From Eledone cirrhosa (lineage: Eukaryota): DNA of 64,000 nt. Positions 39,107-53,184 of this stretch are shown here, piece after piece. Under the pieces are notes generated by a model. It made no database searches. It was given only the letters and a program-made list of their open reading frames with translations, and was not told the DNA's origin. Within the stretch, counting starts at the first letter, position 1; each line of letters starts with the position of its first letter. The translations under genes were made by a program, and so were the position numbers. Location: NCBI GenBank assembly GCA_964016885.1, contig OZ024741.1:263872001-263936000 (forward strand). Reading direction: 5' to 3'.

Positions 39107-39766
39107 ACTCTCTCTCTGTCTCTTTCACTCTCTCTACCCTCTCTCCTCTTTCACTCTCTGAGATATTCATTAATATATAAGAATAAGCAGAAGAACATAA
39201 CCGTATTATTAATTCCTCGTTGCAACAATAACAATAGACAAACCATTCAGTAAAAGTAATAGAAAGAACGACCTTTGCCAAACATGAGCTTTTATGAAAT
39301 TTCTGAAAAATATTTAGAAACCCGATATCAATTTATTGAATAATGTGTGTGAGATAATATATATAGTACAACATATCTATGTTATTAGGTTATCAGTTAT
39401 ATAAGTGGCGTTCTTATACAACACGTATCAAATACTTTTCTTTCACACGAAGCCTTCCTCACGTTTCTCAGCATATATCAGGATACGTGGTAATAAGCCT
39501 AGCTGTTGATTTCCTAGAGTGTACAGTTTTAATCTACCTCAATACTACTAAGACTAGTAAACCTACAGAGACATATATACCTCCCCAAACTATCCATACG
39601 GGGTCGATAAAATAAAGTACCAGTAATGTACTGGGTAATTTGCTGGCCTTGTGCCAATAGTAGAAACAATTATATATATATATATTTGTGTGTGTGTGTG
39701 TGTGTATATTACTAGAATGAATGAAAGTGTCGTGTCTGAGGAATTACAGACACGAGCCATATCGTC

Positions 39767-39806
<40 letters not shown>

Positions 39807-39867
39807 GACGTAAAATAAGAAAATTAAAAAAAAAATTAAAAATTAACTTACTTACTAAAATTTTCAC

Positions 39868-39945
39868 TCCAACTAATTAGTTTCTGTAATGGGATAAAGA
39901 TAGTTACGTAATATAACCATCGAGAATTCATTACGTCATCAGGGA
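39868..39945 (-). ncRNA. Type I hammerhead ribozyme
   Basis: UCC-CUGAUGA-c GUAAUG...CAUUAC a-GAAA-CUAAUUAG-UU^GGA. Confidence 0.75.
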
Positions 39946-40307
39946 CTCTATTCTCAGCTAAGTCTCCAGGCAATGCGCGGACACTGGGGACTCATATAAA
40001 AATAATAATAATTCGGTGGATGGAACAGCTAGCGGGGACTGAATTTCATGCACTGAAAAAGTTCGCTGTCTCAGGTCAAATGGCAGATTCTAAAGAATCA
40101 ATCACGTGACACTGAGGCTAGTCGGAAGGAGTGGGTTGGTAAGATGACAAAAGCCTACTATGACACCAATGAATTAGTAGTGGATTTGGCAGGTTTGCTC
40201 AACAAATACTGCATCCTCCTGCATTGAACCACCTAGGTACTATGACATAACTTATGTATTTACTAGCATTAGTGTACATCTGTACGCATATGTTGGTAGA
40301 TATACTA

Positions 40308-40427
<120 letters not shown>

Positions 40428-40460
40428 ACAAAGTATAAAACAATCAAATCTTAGTTTAAT

Positions 40461-40507
40461 TGCTGACAATTGTTTCTTCCAGACGAATGTCTTGATTCAT
40501 CGGAGCA
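40461..40507 (-). ncRNA. Hammerhead with core mutation (CCGAUGA)
   Basis: UGCU-CCGAUGA-aucaAGAC auuc GUCUggaa-GAAA-CAAUUG-UC^AGCA. Nearby GAAACAGATATTGTTATA tail as in the Naiad-like element. Confidence 0.65.
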
Positions 40508-40761
40508 TACGCAATGTTTATGTATATATGTGTGTGTGTATGTGTGTGTGTGTGTTTGTGTGTATGAACGCGCGCGTGAGAGTGTATACACTTCGATTTT
40601 GCATTTGTTTTGCAAGATTCTTGGTGTGAAATTATGTTGAAACAGATATTGTTATAGCAATTTATACGTCTCTCTCTCTCTCTCTCTCTCTCTCCCCTAT
40701 CTCTCTCTCTCTCTCTCTCTCCCCCTCTCTCTCTCTATATATATATATATATACGTACATG

Positions 40762-40804
<43 letters not shown>

Positions 40805-40928
40805 GAGAGGTATAGAGATTGTTTTAGCAAGAAGCTAACGGCATTCTATAACATATATGCGACTATAACGTCAAGATGGGAAAAGTAGTTAACGAAAGAT
40901 TTAGGAAAAATAACTCAAACTCATCTCT

Positions 40929-41030
<102 letters not shown>

Positions 41031-41039
41031 ACGTACATG

Positions 41040-41096
<57 letters not shown>

Positions 41097-41137
41097 CGAA
41101 ACATAAGTCAATTGCATCAACTCATAATCCTTTATTT

Positions 41138-41193
41138 ACTGCTATATATATTTCGATGATAGCCATTGAATGGCTGTGACCTCATCAGGCAGT
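41138..41193 (-). ncRNA. Type I hammerhead ribozyme in a ~170-bp (TA)n-flanked element
   Basis: ACUGC-CUGAUGA-..AGCCAU uca AUGGCU..-GAAA-UAUAUA-UA^GCAGU. Confidence 0.82.
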
Positions 41194-41252
41194 TAGTCAG
41201 TTCTTAGGTATGCCAGCTCTGTGTTTATAGTGTTGATGGTATCAGAGCCTTG

Positions 41253-41295
<43 letters not shown>

Positions 41296-42550
41296 AGAGG
41301 TGAGTTTTATTGTAGTACAATAAAGCAATGCAGATATCGGATAAGAAGCACTCTACAGTTTGTAGGACTGGAGTATACATAATATTCAATTCTTTATCAA
41401 TTTAGAATCTTTTCTCAAAGGCACATATACATACACCTCTTTAAAATATACCCATCTTCCTACCTTACTTCAAAGGGCATTATACACTCTATAATACTTG
41501 TTTACTCATTACCCTCATTCTATCTTCACCTTGTAATATCCTTCATAACATATACATTTGTTTTTTTGACGTTAGAATATTCATCCGCAATTATTATTAT
41601 TTTTTCTCTCTATCATAAAACTTTCTAATCTCAATTTCATCCTTAATTTATTATTTTTTTCTCCCCATCAACGAACTCATTCTTAATACATATTAACTCT
41701 TTATTCGCACATATTATCAACTCCTTCAATATACAAACCTTAACTTCACATTATTTTTCTCAAATCATCTAATACACAAACCTTAATAATTTTTTAATAC
41801 ATATTAACTCTTTCTTCGCACATATTATCAATTCCTTCAATATACAAACTTTAACTTCACACTATCTTTCTCAAATCCTTCTACACACAAACCGTAATAA
41901 TTTTTTCTCTTCGTTAATTTTGAAATTGCCACAATACTTATCAACATACACCTTTGTGACGTTAGAATATTCATCCGCAATTATTATTTTTTCTCTCTAT
42001 CTTCATACATAAACTCCCTTTCTTTCCTCGTACATATTTTTCCCTTCGTTAATTTTCAAATTCTTTTAATTTATACATTATCTTCCAACGGTTCTCAACC
42101 TCTCTATGTAAAACAATATATCTTTTCTCAGTTATAAAAACTATCTCTTTCTCTATATCACCCATCTCTCCCTCTCCACCTTCACTCTCATCTCCTCCCC
42201 TTTTTTCATCCTTTCCACCCCCCCCCTCCCTAAATAAAATATGTTTTCCTCGTACATATTTTTCCCTTCGTTAATTTTCAAATTCTTTTAATTTATACAT
42301 TATCTTCCAACGGTTTTCAACCTCTCTATGTAAAACAATATATCTTCTCTCAGTTATAAAAACTATCTCTTTCTCTCTATCACCCATCTCTCCCTCTCAT
42401 CTCCTCCCCTTTTTCATCCTTTCCACCCCCCCTCTCTAAATAAAATATTTTTCCCAATATCACACATCAATCTAAAACCACTTTTCATATGTTGATTTAA
42501 AACTGCACTATCCACAAGTGTTTTTTTAGCCTTCATATCATGTTCTCCTG

Positions 42551-42617
42551 TTTTATCTGATGAAAACACAAATATTATTGCATGATGATGTTTGTTTTTG
42601 AAATGCGCATAATAAAA
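42551..42617 (+). ncRNA. Type I hammerhead ribozyme at the end of a 1.36-kb non-coding (TA)n-flanked element (41293-42650)
   Basis: UUUUAU-CUGAUGA-AAACA...UGUUUUU-GAAA-UGCGCA-UA^AUAAAA. Confidence 0.8.
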
Positions 42618-43257
42618 TACATGGAACTCCTTTAACCATCTTTTGATCTTATATTATATATATATATATATATATACAAAATACGTATATATGTGTGTCT
42701 GTGTATGCGTGTGTATGTGTGTCTAAATGAGTGTATGCGTGTGTGTATATGTGTGTATGTTTGCGTGTTTGTGTATGTGTGTGTGCGTATGTGTGTATAT
42801 GTGTGTATGTTTGTGTGTATGTGTGTATTTATGTGTGTAGGTGTGTGTGTATGTGTGTATATGTATGTATATTTGTATGTGTGTGTATGTGTTTATGTGT
42901 ATGTTTATATGTATGTGTGTGTATGCTTATGTGTGTATATGTGTATGTTTATATGTATGTGTGCACTATGGAAGTTTGACATACAAATCAATCATTATTA
43001 TACATATGAAAATTATATCGAACTTATAAAACAACATAATATCGATTAATTAAAACTTTCAAACGCGATGAAATATTCATGCTGAGGATATATTCGGTAA
43101 CAACGACCCAAATGTATTACTGGTACTTATTTATATTAAAGACTGAATGTCTGTGTGTTATCTTAACCTGCTGGAAACAATAGCTAAATCTCCCCCATTC
43201 ACAGCCTATCGTCTTATATGAGAAACTAAATGTTAAATCATTTAGACTTATATATCC

Positions 43258-43445
43258 TGAAGGTGTGCGGCTTTGTGGTTATAGAACTGGATTGGTGAGG
43301 TTGCGAGTTCGATTCCTGGACAGGGCGATGCGTTATATATTTGAGCAAGACACTTTCGTTTATGTCGCTCTTTCTGCCGGGACTCGCGACTGGTATATAT
43401 AAATTCCGATGGAAACATTGCTTCCTTGGTCCGATTTAACGAGTT
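43258..43445 (+). mobile_element. Diverged copy of the third SINE family
   Basis: GAGTTCGATTCCTGGAC..GGCGATGCGTTAT..TTGAGCAAGACACTTT..GGAAACATTG..GGTCCGATTT. Confidence 0.7.
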
Positions 43446-45389
43446 CCACCCCATCACTCGGTAAGAGAATGAGGTCTGGGGGGCCTTATCAATCGATTCG
43501 ATCCATCGATATTCCTAAATATAATATAATCTTTGGTTATAGATGTGCTGGGTCAGTATTGAACTGTGTATAACCACCACCAACAGCAATGACTGGTACT
43601 TATTTTATCGGCTTATCTCTCAAAATAGTTGACCAAATGCCTAAATCAGAAACCGTTTATTTTATCGGCTTATGAAAGGCAAAGTCGACCTTGATGGGAT
43701 TTGAACTCAAAACGTAGTGTGACATAACTAACTCAAATATATTATCTGTCACTCTACCGATTCTGCTAATCTATTACCGTCAAAGAGTTACGGCCCTTTA
43801 TGGTCTGAGTTCAAATCCCGCCGAGGTTAACTTTGCTTTCATCCTTATGGGGTAGATAAAATAAAGTACCAGTAATACACTGGAATAATTGCTGGCCTTG
43901 TGCCAAAAGTAGAAACAATTATTTCAATGTTACCTTTTCAATATACCACATAGGGATAAAATAATGGTGGGAAGTATTTGAACTGAGAACATAAAACTAT
44001 CATAATGATAATACAACTAAATACTGCCAGAAATTATGGTATTCTTCCCCCTTTCTAGCATCAACCTTTCTATCAAACTCAATATAGTATTACGTGTCAA
44101 ACAAAACTTTGTAACAAAATGGAGTCAGGATAAATTGACATAGTCGCCATGAATGAGAAAATTATTGTGGAAAAACGATCAAGAAAGCCAAGAATTTAGT
44201 CAGTTTATGTATTAAATTAGAATTATTTTTGTTTGTTATAAATCATTTTCTTTGTTTCATTTGTAAAATGTAACAACCGATAAATGGCGGCTACGGCTAT
44301 TACATCGAGAAATTATCACTAAGTGTTAGTTAGAGGCAAGTTTCAGAAAATTACATTATTGCTATACAGTAAACGTCGCAAATTCTCTCTTTAGGTTTTA
44401 GATTATATCTCAGTCTTTCTAAGCAATGGTGTGATTATAAAACAATCATACAATAATCAGAAACAGAATAGAAAGTAATAGTTCATTGTTTCTTGTATAA
44501 GCATTGTATGTATGTATAAACCAATAGCTCCTGGGGGAGTCATAGGGGCGCCATATTGATGTACGGCGTTTCTTGGGCATTTTAAAACCTGGCGGAGTCC
44601 ATCTCCTCTTCAGGTTTGAATACAGCAGATCTCTTCCAGAGAAGGATAGAGAGTGAGAGAGAATGGAAGTGAGAAATAGATATAGAGGAAGAAATGACCC
44701 CAGTATTAAACTGGTAGTTTTTTATCGACCTTAAATGGATCAAAGGTTAAGAATAATAATTGTTTCTACTCTTGGCACAAGGCCAGCAATTACCCACTAC
44801 ATTACTGGTACTTTATTTTATCGACCCCGTAAGGATGAAAGGCAAAGTTAACCTCGGCGGGATTGAACTTAGACCATAAAGGGCCTTAACTCTTTGCTGC
44901 AAAGAAGAAGAAGAAGAAGAAGGAGAAGAAGAAAGAGTAAGGAAACAAAAATCAATGATAATAACAAGACAACATGACCCTTAAAAGGGATAATGTCATA
45001 TTTTAAGGTTAGGTGAGGAAGTTATTCTGGTCATTGAGAAAGCTTTTAATTATCAAAGCAACATATCTGTTCAAACCTACAGCAAATAAGATAATCTTTC
45101 TACATATATTTCTATACATGTTCTATGTATGTACCCGCAGGGCATGGTTGTGCTGATAACAACGGTTGAACATAAAGAGAAAAAAAAAATGGAAACAAAA
45201 CATTAACTGTTCAGCTGAGTCAGTCTATGAAAATATGATGTTTGCTCACGTGATTAGCTTACTTCCTTGTGACACGACAAGGTCATATCGCACCGCATGA
45301 CCTGACTTTACACAGATGTTTGAAATATTAAGTTCACCTTATGGGACCTTTCAGCATTTTTACACAGATGACACACACACACACACACG

Positions 45390-45528
<139 letters not shown>

Positions 45529-45739
45529 TTATGTGTGCGTGTTTATATTATATAGGGTGTATGCATGTCTGTGTAAATGCATATACATACCTACATACAT
45601 ACATGTGTGTAGCGTCATATATTCAACAGGTTGCGAGAGAACTCTATACTTGTGGAGGAGCGACGATAGCTATATTTTTAAAGAGAATTTACACAGATTT
45701 AAGCGATCCACCATTCATTTCGCATGTGAAGTAGGCAAT

Positions 45740-46520
45740 ATCTGATCTCCTTTTTTGAAAATTGGTATTATCACTCCCGATCGCCATTGCTTAGGTGCGT
45801 TTCCAGAGATCCAGGCCACCCGGCACACACGAATCAGCTAGAGAATACCTTAAGGCTTTTAACATCTCGGACCGGATTTCATCTTCCACTGCAATCTTGC
45901 CCCACTTGAGCTATTTAACTGCTTTTGCAGCCTCAGCCTGGGTGAGATTAGTCACTGAAACTCGTGTACAGCAGAAGATGCTGTTGTGATCGGGTTTAGG
46001 AGATCAGCAAAGTATTCTCTCCACCCCGTGAGGATGCACCTCTCAGAAGAAAGGGGAAACCCCAGACACGTTCTTGATAGCAGGTGTGGAGGAGGGCTTC
46101 TTATTACGAAGTCGGTGGATGGTTTGCCAGAACATTTTATTTGCTGATCTGAAGTCGGATTCCAGCTTAACCCCAAAGTCCTCCCATGTCTTAAGTTTGG
46201 ACGCCTTTACTGTCTCTGCTGCGATCTTCGTGCCTGCATGTACTGCAAGTGCAAGAAGGAAGACTTATTTCCAAGCCAAACTTTGTAAGGTCCCTTCTTT
46301 GCTCGGATTGCATTTTTGACTTCTTGATTGAACCAAGGGGTCCTCCTGCCATCCTGTCCCACACCAAGCCTCTTTCGTCCGCAGAATTTAACAGCTGAAG
46401 CAGAAATTGCTGCGCTGAACAATCTCCACCCTATCTTAACGTCCTCAGTTTGCTAGGGAGTTCTCTGAATTTGGATGCAATAGTTGAAGATTTTCTCATT
46501 AGTGCTTCTAACTTTGCGGA
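45740..46520 (-). mobile_element. RTE-clade LINE internal fragment, pre-RT region
   Basis: RRTPWFNQEVKNAIRAKK, WREYFADLLNP, WRSGVIIPIFKKGD. Confidence 0.8.
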
Positions 46521-47279
46521 AACTTTCTTGTTCTTCAGCTATGATGGCTTCTGTCGGAGATCTCACTCGATTGAGAATTACACTGAGTGTTACTTTGCTT
46601 ACCATTAGCCAGGCGCTGTATTTACAACGGCTATTAGAGGTATGTTATCTTCCAACTATCATGAAACTGTCGTGATATTTGGACGTATTTTAATGAAATT
46701 GCTTATTTTCCTATATTTTACGAAATCTCTATAGAAGTGTAGAAGTGCATATATATATATATATACGCGCGCACTCGCGCGCAGCCCCCCCCACACCTAC
46801 ACACCCACACACACGCACACACACATATATAAACCTCAAATGTATGAAGAGAATTATATATGTTAGTATATAATTGCCAAGTAGTTTCAGAATTAACTCA
46901 ATGTATTTATATATTATTGGTTTGAAGAAAAGTTAGATGTTTTTAGGGAGAATAAGTTGGAAAGGCAGACATAAACACAGCAAATATAATCAAAAATAGA
47001 GATGGAAAAATTAGTTTTTAAATCATTTTTAGTTCCTTACACATATTTCAAGAGAGTTATACATCGAATTATTGGGAGAATATTACGTGTAATTCGTATA
47101 ATTAAGGTCTATACAAAGAAAATGATCTACAGATATAATTTGGAATACCATTATATATATCTCGATCTTAAAATAATAATAATAATGAAAGTATTATATA
47201 CAGTGCTCCATACATACAGATACATGCATGTGTGTGTATGGAGGGGGAATATCGAGTGTACTGTTGGCGAATTTCAGGA

Positions 47280-47385
47280 AGCATAGAGATTTTTGAAGGA
47301 TGCAGTGTCCCGACAGCTAACAACTGATGCAGGTAGTTTGTTCCATGCTTCAGCAACTCTGAGCGGGAAAAAATGTTTCCGAAAC
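47280..47385 (-). mobile_element. CR1-clade LINE 3' fragment
   Basis: FRKHFFPLRVAEAWNKLPASVV matches the FF..RV...WN.LP motif. Confidence 0.7.
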
Positions 47386-47503
47386 ATGTATAACCGAAAT
47401 TCAATTCCCACATTACTCGGGATGGGGGGACATCTCGAGTCTACCCCTTGACATAACGAATGACTAAATAATATTCTGCTTCAATTTCATACGTTTTTAT
47501 TAA

Positions 47504-47649
47504 TCCTCTGAAGATGAAGATCTATATAATGATATTCCAAATTAAATCTGTATATCATTTTGTCAGTATAGATTTAGATTATACGAATAATACATAACAT
47601 TCCTCCAATAATTCGATGTTCAATAACTCTCTTGAAACATGTGTAAGGA
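47504..47649 (+). ncRNA. Hammerhead-like motif with ~110-nt stem II insertion
   Basis: UCCU-CUGAAGA-...long...-GAAA-CAUGUG-UA^AGGA. Confidence 0.5.
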
Positions 47650-47701
47650 ATTATAAATGATTTAAAAGCTTATTTTTTCATCTATAAAATTGATTATATA
47701 T

Positions 47702-47753
<52 letters not shown>

Positions 47754-47755
47754 TT

Positions 47756-47790
<35 letters not shown>

Positions 47791-48001
47791 AGAGAGAGCG
47801 AGAGAGAAAGAGGATATATATATACCCCCCCCCCTCTCTCTCTGTATATATGAAATCATCAGGAATAGCATTTTTGATGATTTCATACGAATAAACAGTT
47901 CTAGTCATGTAGAAGCCATTTCTATATTAAATTTTGTTGTTCTCACTCTACTAATGTATTGAGTACCTTATTTACTGTGATTACCCCCGATTTCACTCGG
48001 G

Positions 48002-48076
<75 letters not shown>

Positions 48077-48574
48077 AGGTAAGAACTTCCTTCGTCCACG
48101 AATGACCATGGGATTAGCACCTAGAAAGTTCCCCACAGAGGCACATGTCTAGGCAAGGTGATTTTTTGGAAGACCAACCGTCGGCCATGCATACCAGTCT
48201 CCCCTCTCCATGCCACCGATGTTGTCCAAGGGAAAGGCAATGACAGATATAGCTAGGCACCAATTATGTTGCAATTTATTTCTACAGTTGAGATAACTGG
48301 AGCAATGCGAAATAAAGTGTCTAACCCAAGGTCACACTGCATCACCCGGTCCGGGATCGAACTCACAACCTCACAACCTCACGATTGCAATCCCAACGCT
48401 CTTACCACAAAGCCACTATTCTTGCCTTATAGTTCATTGAGAAAAGATGCTGGTCTGTATTTAACGAAAGACATATATAATCAGTGTAATTAGAACATAA
48501 GTAAATATAAGTATATTCTTTTGATGCCTGTACCTTTTTATCTATAAAATTTGATATAAGGTTAGCTATATTTT

Positions 48575-48985
48575 TACGATTTAAACAATACGATTTGAAC
48601 GAGGGTTAAATATCTGTACGATTTGAACTGGAGTTATATATCTGTATGATTTGAATCGGGGTTAAATATCTGAATGATTAGAACTAGGGTTAACTATTTG
48701 TATGGTTTCTGTATTTGAACTGGGGTTAATATCTGTATGATTTGAAGTGGGGTTAAATATATGTAAGATTTGAACTGGAGTTAGATACTGTATGATTTGA
48801 ACTATGGTTAAATATTGGTATGATTTGAACTAGGATTAAATATATGTATAATATGAAGTGGGGTAAAATATTTATATGATTTGAACCGGGGTTAAATATC
48901 TGTTTGATTTGAAATGGGGTTAACTATCGGTATGATTTGAAGTAGGGTTAAATATATGTATGATTTGAATTAGGGTTAAATATTT
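48575..48985. repeat. ~28-bp degenerate minisatellite, ~14 copies
   Basis: Consensus TATGATTTGAACTGGGGTTAAATATCTG. Confidence 0.88.
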
Positions 48986-49470
48986 CTTTGACACTTTTAC
49001 AAATTTTAAGCACGATGATATATGTACGATATAAACTACATACATTCCACCATGATGTCTGGTTTGAATGAGTTTCCAGCGTCCATTTCTAACATTTTTA
49101 CTCGAGAAAAGAAATTTACCAGCCGAGCTTTTTATGTAAACAGCAGACGATAAAGCTGTTAGCTACAGCAGCCAGGAAATGCCATAGATGGAACAGTAAG
49201 ATTAAAACTGGGTGTGTATCGTGCTCAAGTTAAGCAATAAATATGGCGAACGTTGATGTTTTTTCTATCTATTTTTGTGTGTCAAGGGCCATGTGAGATC
49301 GGACATTGCTAACGATTCACAGCCATAATTTACGCCCACTTCATCCCAAATTCTATTGGAGAAGAAAATCTTTTTTTCCTATTTTTTTTGCTATTCTACT
49401 TTGTTTTTTTTTATTTCTTTTACTTTTGTTGTGGATATTGAGATTACACATACACACATATACTTATATA

Positions 49471-49541
<71 letters not shown>

Positions 49542-49587
49542 GTATAAATATATATATATATATATACGTATAAATATATATATATAC

Positions 49588-49622
<35 letters not shown>

Positions 49623-49624
49623 CG

Positions 49625-49681
<57 letters not shown>

Positions 49682-49691
49682 ATATATATAT

Positions 49692-50177
49692 AAATGGAAA
49701 AAATGAAACGAAATTTCATTTCTCACTCTTAGTACGGCTGTTACTTAAATATAAGTATGTATACGTACATACATATATGTATACAGACGTACAGTAGTAT
49801 GTATATATATATATACACGCACACATATATATATGTACGTATGGATTTACCGAACATTTATTATAATGCTCGGTTTGTTTGTAAACAAACATCCCGAATT
49901 AAGCCGTATAGTGTTTAACAACCATCGTTGCCCTTTTGTTCAACACTGACAAAGGAACAATATACTAGTTTCAAGCTTATAAGCTATCGTCAGCACCGTA
50001 TACCTTCCTGCCAGATGATTGAACGTCTGAAAGTATATATTTTCCTTATGCATATTAACTGATGAGCAGCCTAATTTGCACATCGAGTGAGTTAATCGGC
50101 CGGGCGCACCGAAAACGATAAATGGATAAAATGAAACGAAATTTCATTTCTCACTCTTAGTACGGCTGTTACTTAAG
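49692..50177 (-). mobile_element. 428-nt non-coding hammerhead unit with ~57-bp terminal direct repeat
   Basis: AAATGGA.AAAATGAAACG...GTTACTTAA at 49692 and 50120. Highly similar to the 18858-19660 units. Confidence 0.8.
49958..49998 (-). ncRNA. Minimal type I hammerhead ribozyme
   Basis: CGGUG-CUGACGA-U AGCU uaua AGCU U-GAAA-CUAG-UA^UAUUG. Stem I relies on G.U pairs. Confidence 0.7.
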
Positions 50178-50204
50178 TATGTATCTCGAGTTATTCATCA
50201 AAAT

Positions 50205-50302
<98 letters not shown>

Positions 50303-50579
50303 TAAAAGGAAAAGAAAATGCTGACAAATTGTTCCCAGTAAAAAATAGTTTAATTAGGAATAAGTAAAAATTAGTAATAAGTATTGGTTAGTATTCAGTT
50401 TTAGTTTTAAGTTTTTACCTGTTGCGCATTTCTAATGCTTTTCAAAATAATTATGAGATAGAGCGCCCGTGATGTTTGCTCTAATCTAGAGCAAACATCA
50501 CGGGCGCTCTATCACAACTCGTGTGTTACACCTCTATTCTTTTAAATATATATATATATATATATATTTATTTATTTAT

Positions 50580-52300
50580 TAAAATAAGAGATTAAAGGTT
50601 AAGCAAAGAATCGCTGCTTTCACCCTTAACGGGATCTTCTGAAACTAACAAAGTCAATCTGTAAACGCAGAAGTGGATATTTCAAAAAACATTGGAACCG
50701 GAGGATGACAGGAAGACGGTACTTTGGTTCGTGGAAACGTTCCCTGTCAAAGAACGGGAAATAACGAATATAATACGTCATTAATAGGAGCGGTGAAAAA
50801 CAATTACGCGCAAAGACAGAACCACGTTTATGGTATAAAAGAAGTCGTAGACTAATGTTCTCTTAGGTGGTTCATAGAGACGTTCTCTGGCAATGAACGG
50901 AAACAACGATGATAATACGTCATATGTGGAGCGGGGAGAACAATTGAATGCAAAGACAAAACCACGTATATGGTAAAGTTGAAGTCGTGGACTAAAATTC
51001 TGATTAGGAAACCGAATGAATCTCCGATTCAGAGTTAAGAATAAAGTAAATAAAATACAATACAGAGGTAATAGAAATTAAATAAATACATACACGCATG
51101 CAAATACGTACATACACAAGCATACGCGAAAACACTTGCCATAGGTATACAGAACCACGCACATATAAATGTGTGTGTGTGCGTGTATACAAATAAATAA
51201 ATAATTAAATAAACGTATATAAATAAATAAATACGTATATAACAAGCTCACACACATACCTACATGTAAATACACAAATGTTCGGAGACGTAAGTCAACC
51301 AAAACATAAAGTACACATATACACACACCCTACATACGTACGAACCAGCATACTCACACAGACGCAAAACTCCCGTATACACAACCAAACCATATGTACC
51401 AGAATATATAAAAAATTATACGCCATAACATATACAATCAAATATACGTACGAGAAAGTATACGTACCTTCACAAAACTTACAGGTAATATATACTTACC
51501 TATGCAAATAAGTAATGGTATAAACAAAACATATACTTAGCTACCACATCAAGACGTAAAATATCCACGTATAGATCGTACTATCCGTTAGCGTATAACG
51601 TGGGGCTGTAATACAGGAAAGTTTTGTGCAATTAATGTTTACAAGCCGAAATTGCCTCAGATTTTTTGTTTAAGATGTGGTCTGTGGCGTAGAGTATTTC
51701 CAGGGCCTCAGCGGCGCAGAGGTCACATGGTCTTTTATTTCCGTTATACGATCTAGCCCTAGCTAGGATCTCCCAGTGTAACTTATATTGGGTGTGGTTG
51801 TCTTTTAGACTCCAGATATAAGCTGAAAGTGACGTCATATTCCTTCTTAGAGGGTAACGAAAAGAATGGGTATGCATGTAAAGACGCTGCTTGAATCTAT
51901 TGGCGGTTAACCCTATGTAGGCCCTACGGGACGTGGGTGTTTCAACCTTACATTTGTAGACAATGTTACTAGAGAGGCATTTCCCGGATAGGGGGCAATC
52001 AGCCCGATTCCTACAATTACAGTTAGTACTAACTACAGGGTTGCACGTGTTCCTACGGCTAGGTAGTTTAGCTAAATTTGAAGCTGTGATGTTATGTGCA
52101 AGGTTAGGAGTCGTAGAGTAAGAAATTTTAATAGTATTTCTATTAAACATTTTACTATATTTATGTGTCGGGGGAAAATGCTTCGTAATAAGGGAAAGAA
52201 AGATCTTAGCTAATGGTGTGGCCACCTCCATATTATATGGTGGGTTATACCAACAAATGCGACGGGATCTATTTCTTCTAGGTCTATTTTCGTACTCTGT
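50580..52300 (-). mobile_element. 5'-truncated Penelope-like element (GIY-YIG domain + 3' non-coding region)
   Basis: ORF 51632-52231 followed by a 3' region ending in the terminus shared with 30582 and 63225, then (TA)n. Confidence 0.8.
51632..52260 (-). pseudogene. PLE linker + GIY-YIG endonuclease fragment, tentatively Nematis-like
   Basis: WYNPPY..KHFPPTHK..FNRNTIKISYS, CNC....CPLSGKC, IVY...YIGLT..FKQRL..H, CDLC..E, LNKKSE..CKH. Confidence 0.88.
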
Positions 52301-52384
52301 ATATGCTACCTTATCGACAAATCCACTCCGAGCAAGAGCTTCATTGAAATAAGTGGGATGGTCGTTGAAAATATGCTCGTTAGT

Positions 52385-52456
<72 letters not shown>

Positions 52457-52691
52457 TTTTGATGAATAACTCGAGAATTATTCAATTTCACATAATTTTA
52501 ATGAGGTCTATTGTTTTTGAAGTGAAGAATATAAAACACCATTATTATCACCTCTTTCTCTCACTCTCTCTCATTCTCTCTTCCCCTCTCTCTCTTTCTC
52601 CTCTCACTTTTTCCTTCTCTCTCTTTATCTTTCACACACACATACAAATGAAAAGGACTACATTCACAAAAACACATGCTTTGCTCTCTCT

Positions 52692-52806
<115 letters not shown>

Positions 52807-53003
52807 TAAAAGGAAAAGAAAATGCTGTTAGTGAATACTAACCAATACTTATTCCTAATTAAACTATTTTTCACTGGGAAAAATTTGTCAGCATTTTCTT
52901 TTCCTTTTACTAATATATCACAACTCGTGTTACACCTCTATTTTTTAAAATAATATATATATATATACATATATATATATAAAGAGAGAGGGAGAAAGGG
53001 AGA

Positions 53004-53109
<106 letters not shown>

Positions 53110-53184
53110 CATACACACACACACATAAACACACAAACATATATACAAACGCACACATACATACACACACACATACGTACATAC

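Noticed and set aside
39422-39489. Additional minus-strand hammerhead with an 8-bp stem I (CACGUAUC/GAUACGUG)
   Set aside because: The core reads CUGAUAU and stems II and III are unclear. At best a decayed remnant, so it is not counted.
48575-48985. Interstitial telomeric repeat
   Set aside because: Only isolated TAGGGTT words within a 28-bp unit.
50059-50120. Second, opposite-strand hammerhead in the 428-nt unit (ambisense, viroid-like)
   Set aside because: CTGATGA is not conserved in the 19169 copy (CGGCTGA), and stems I and III are not convincing.
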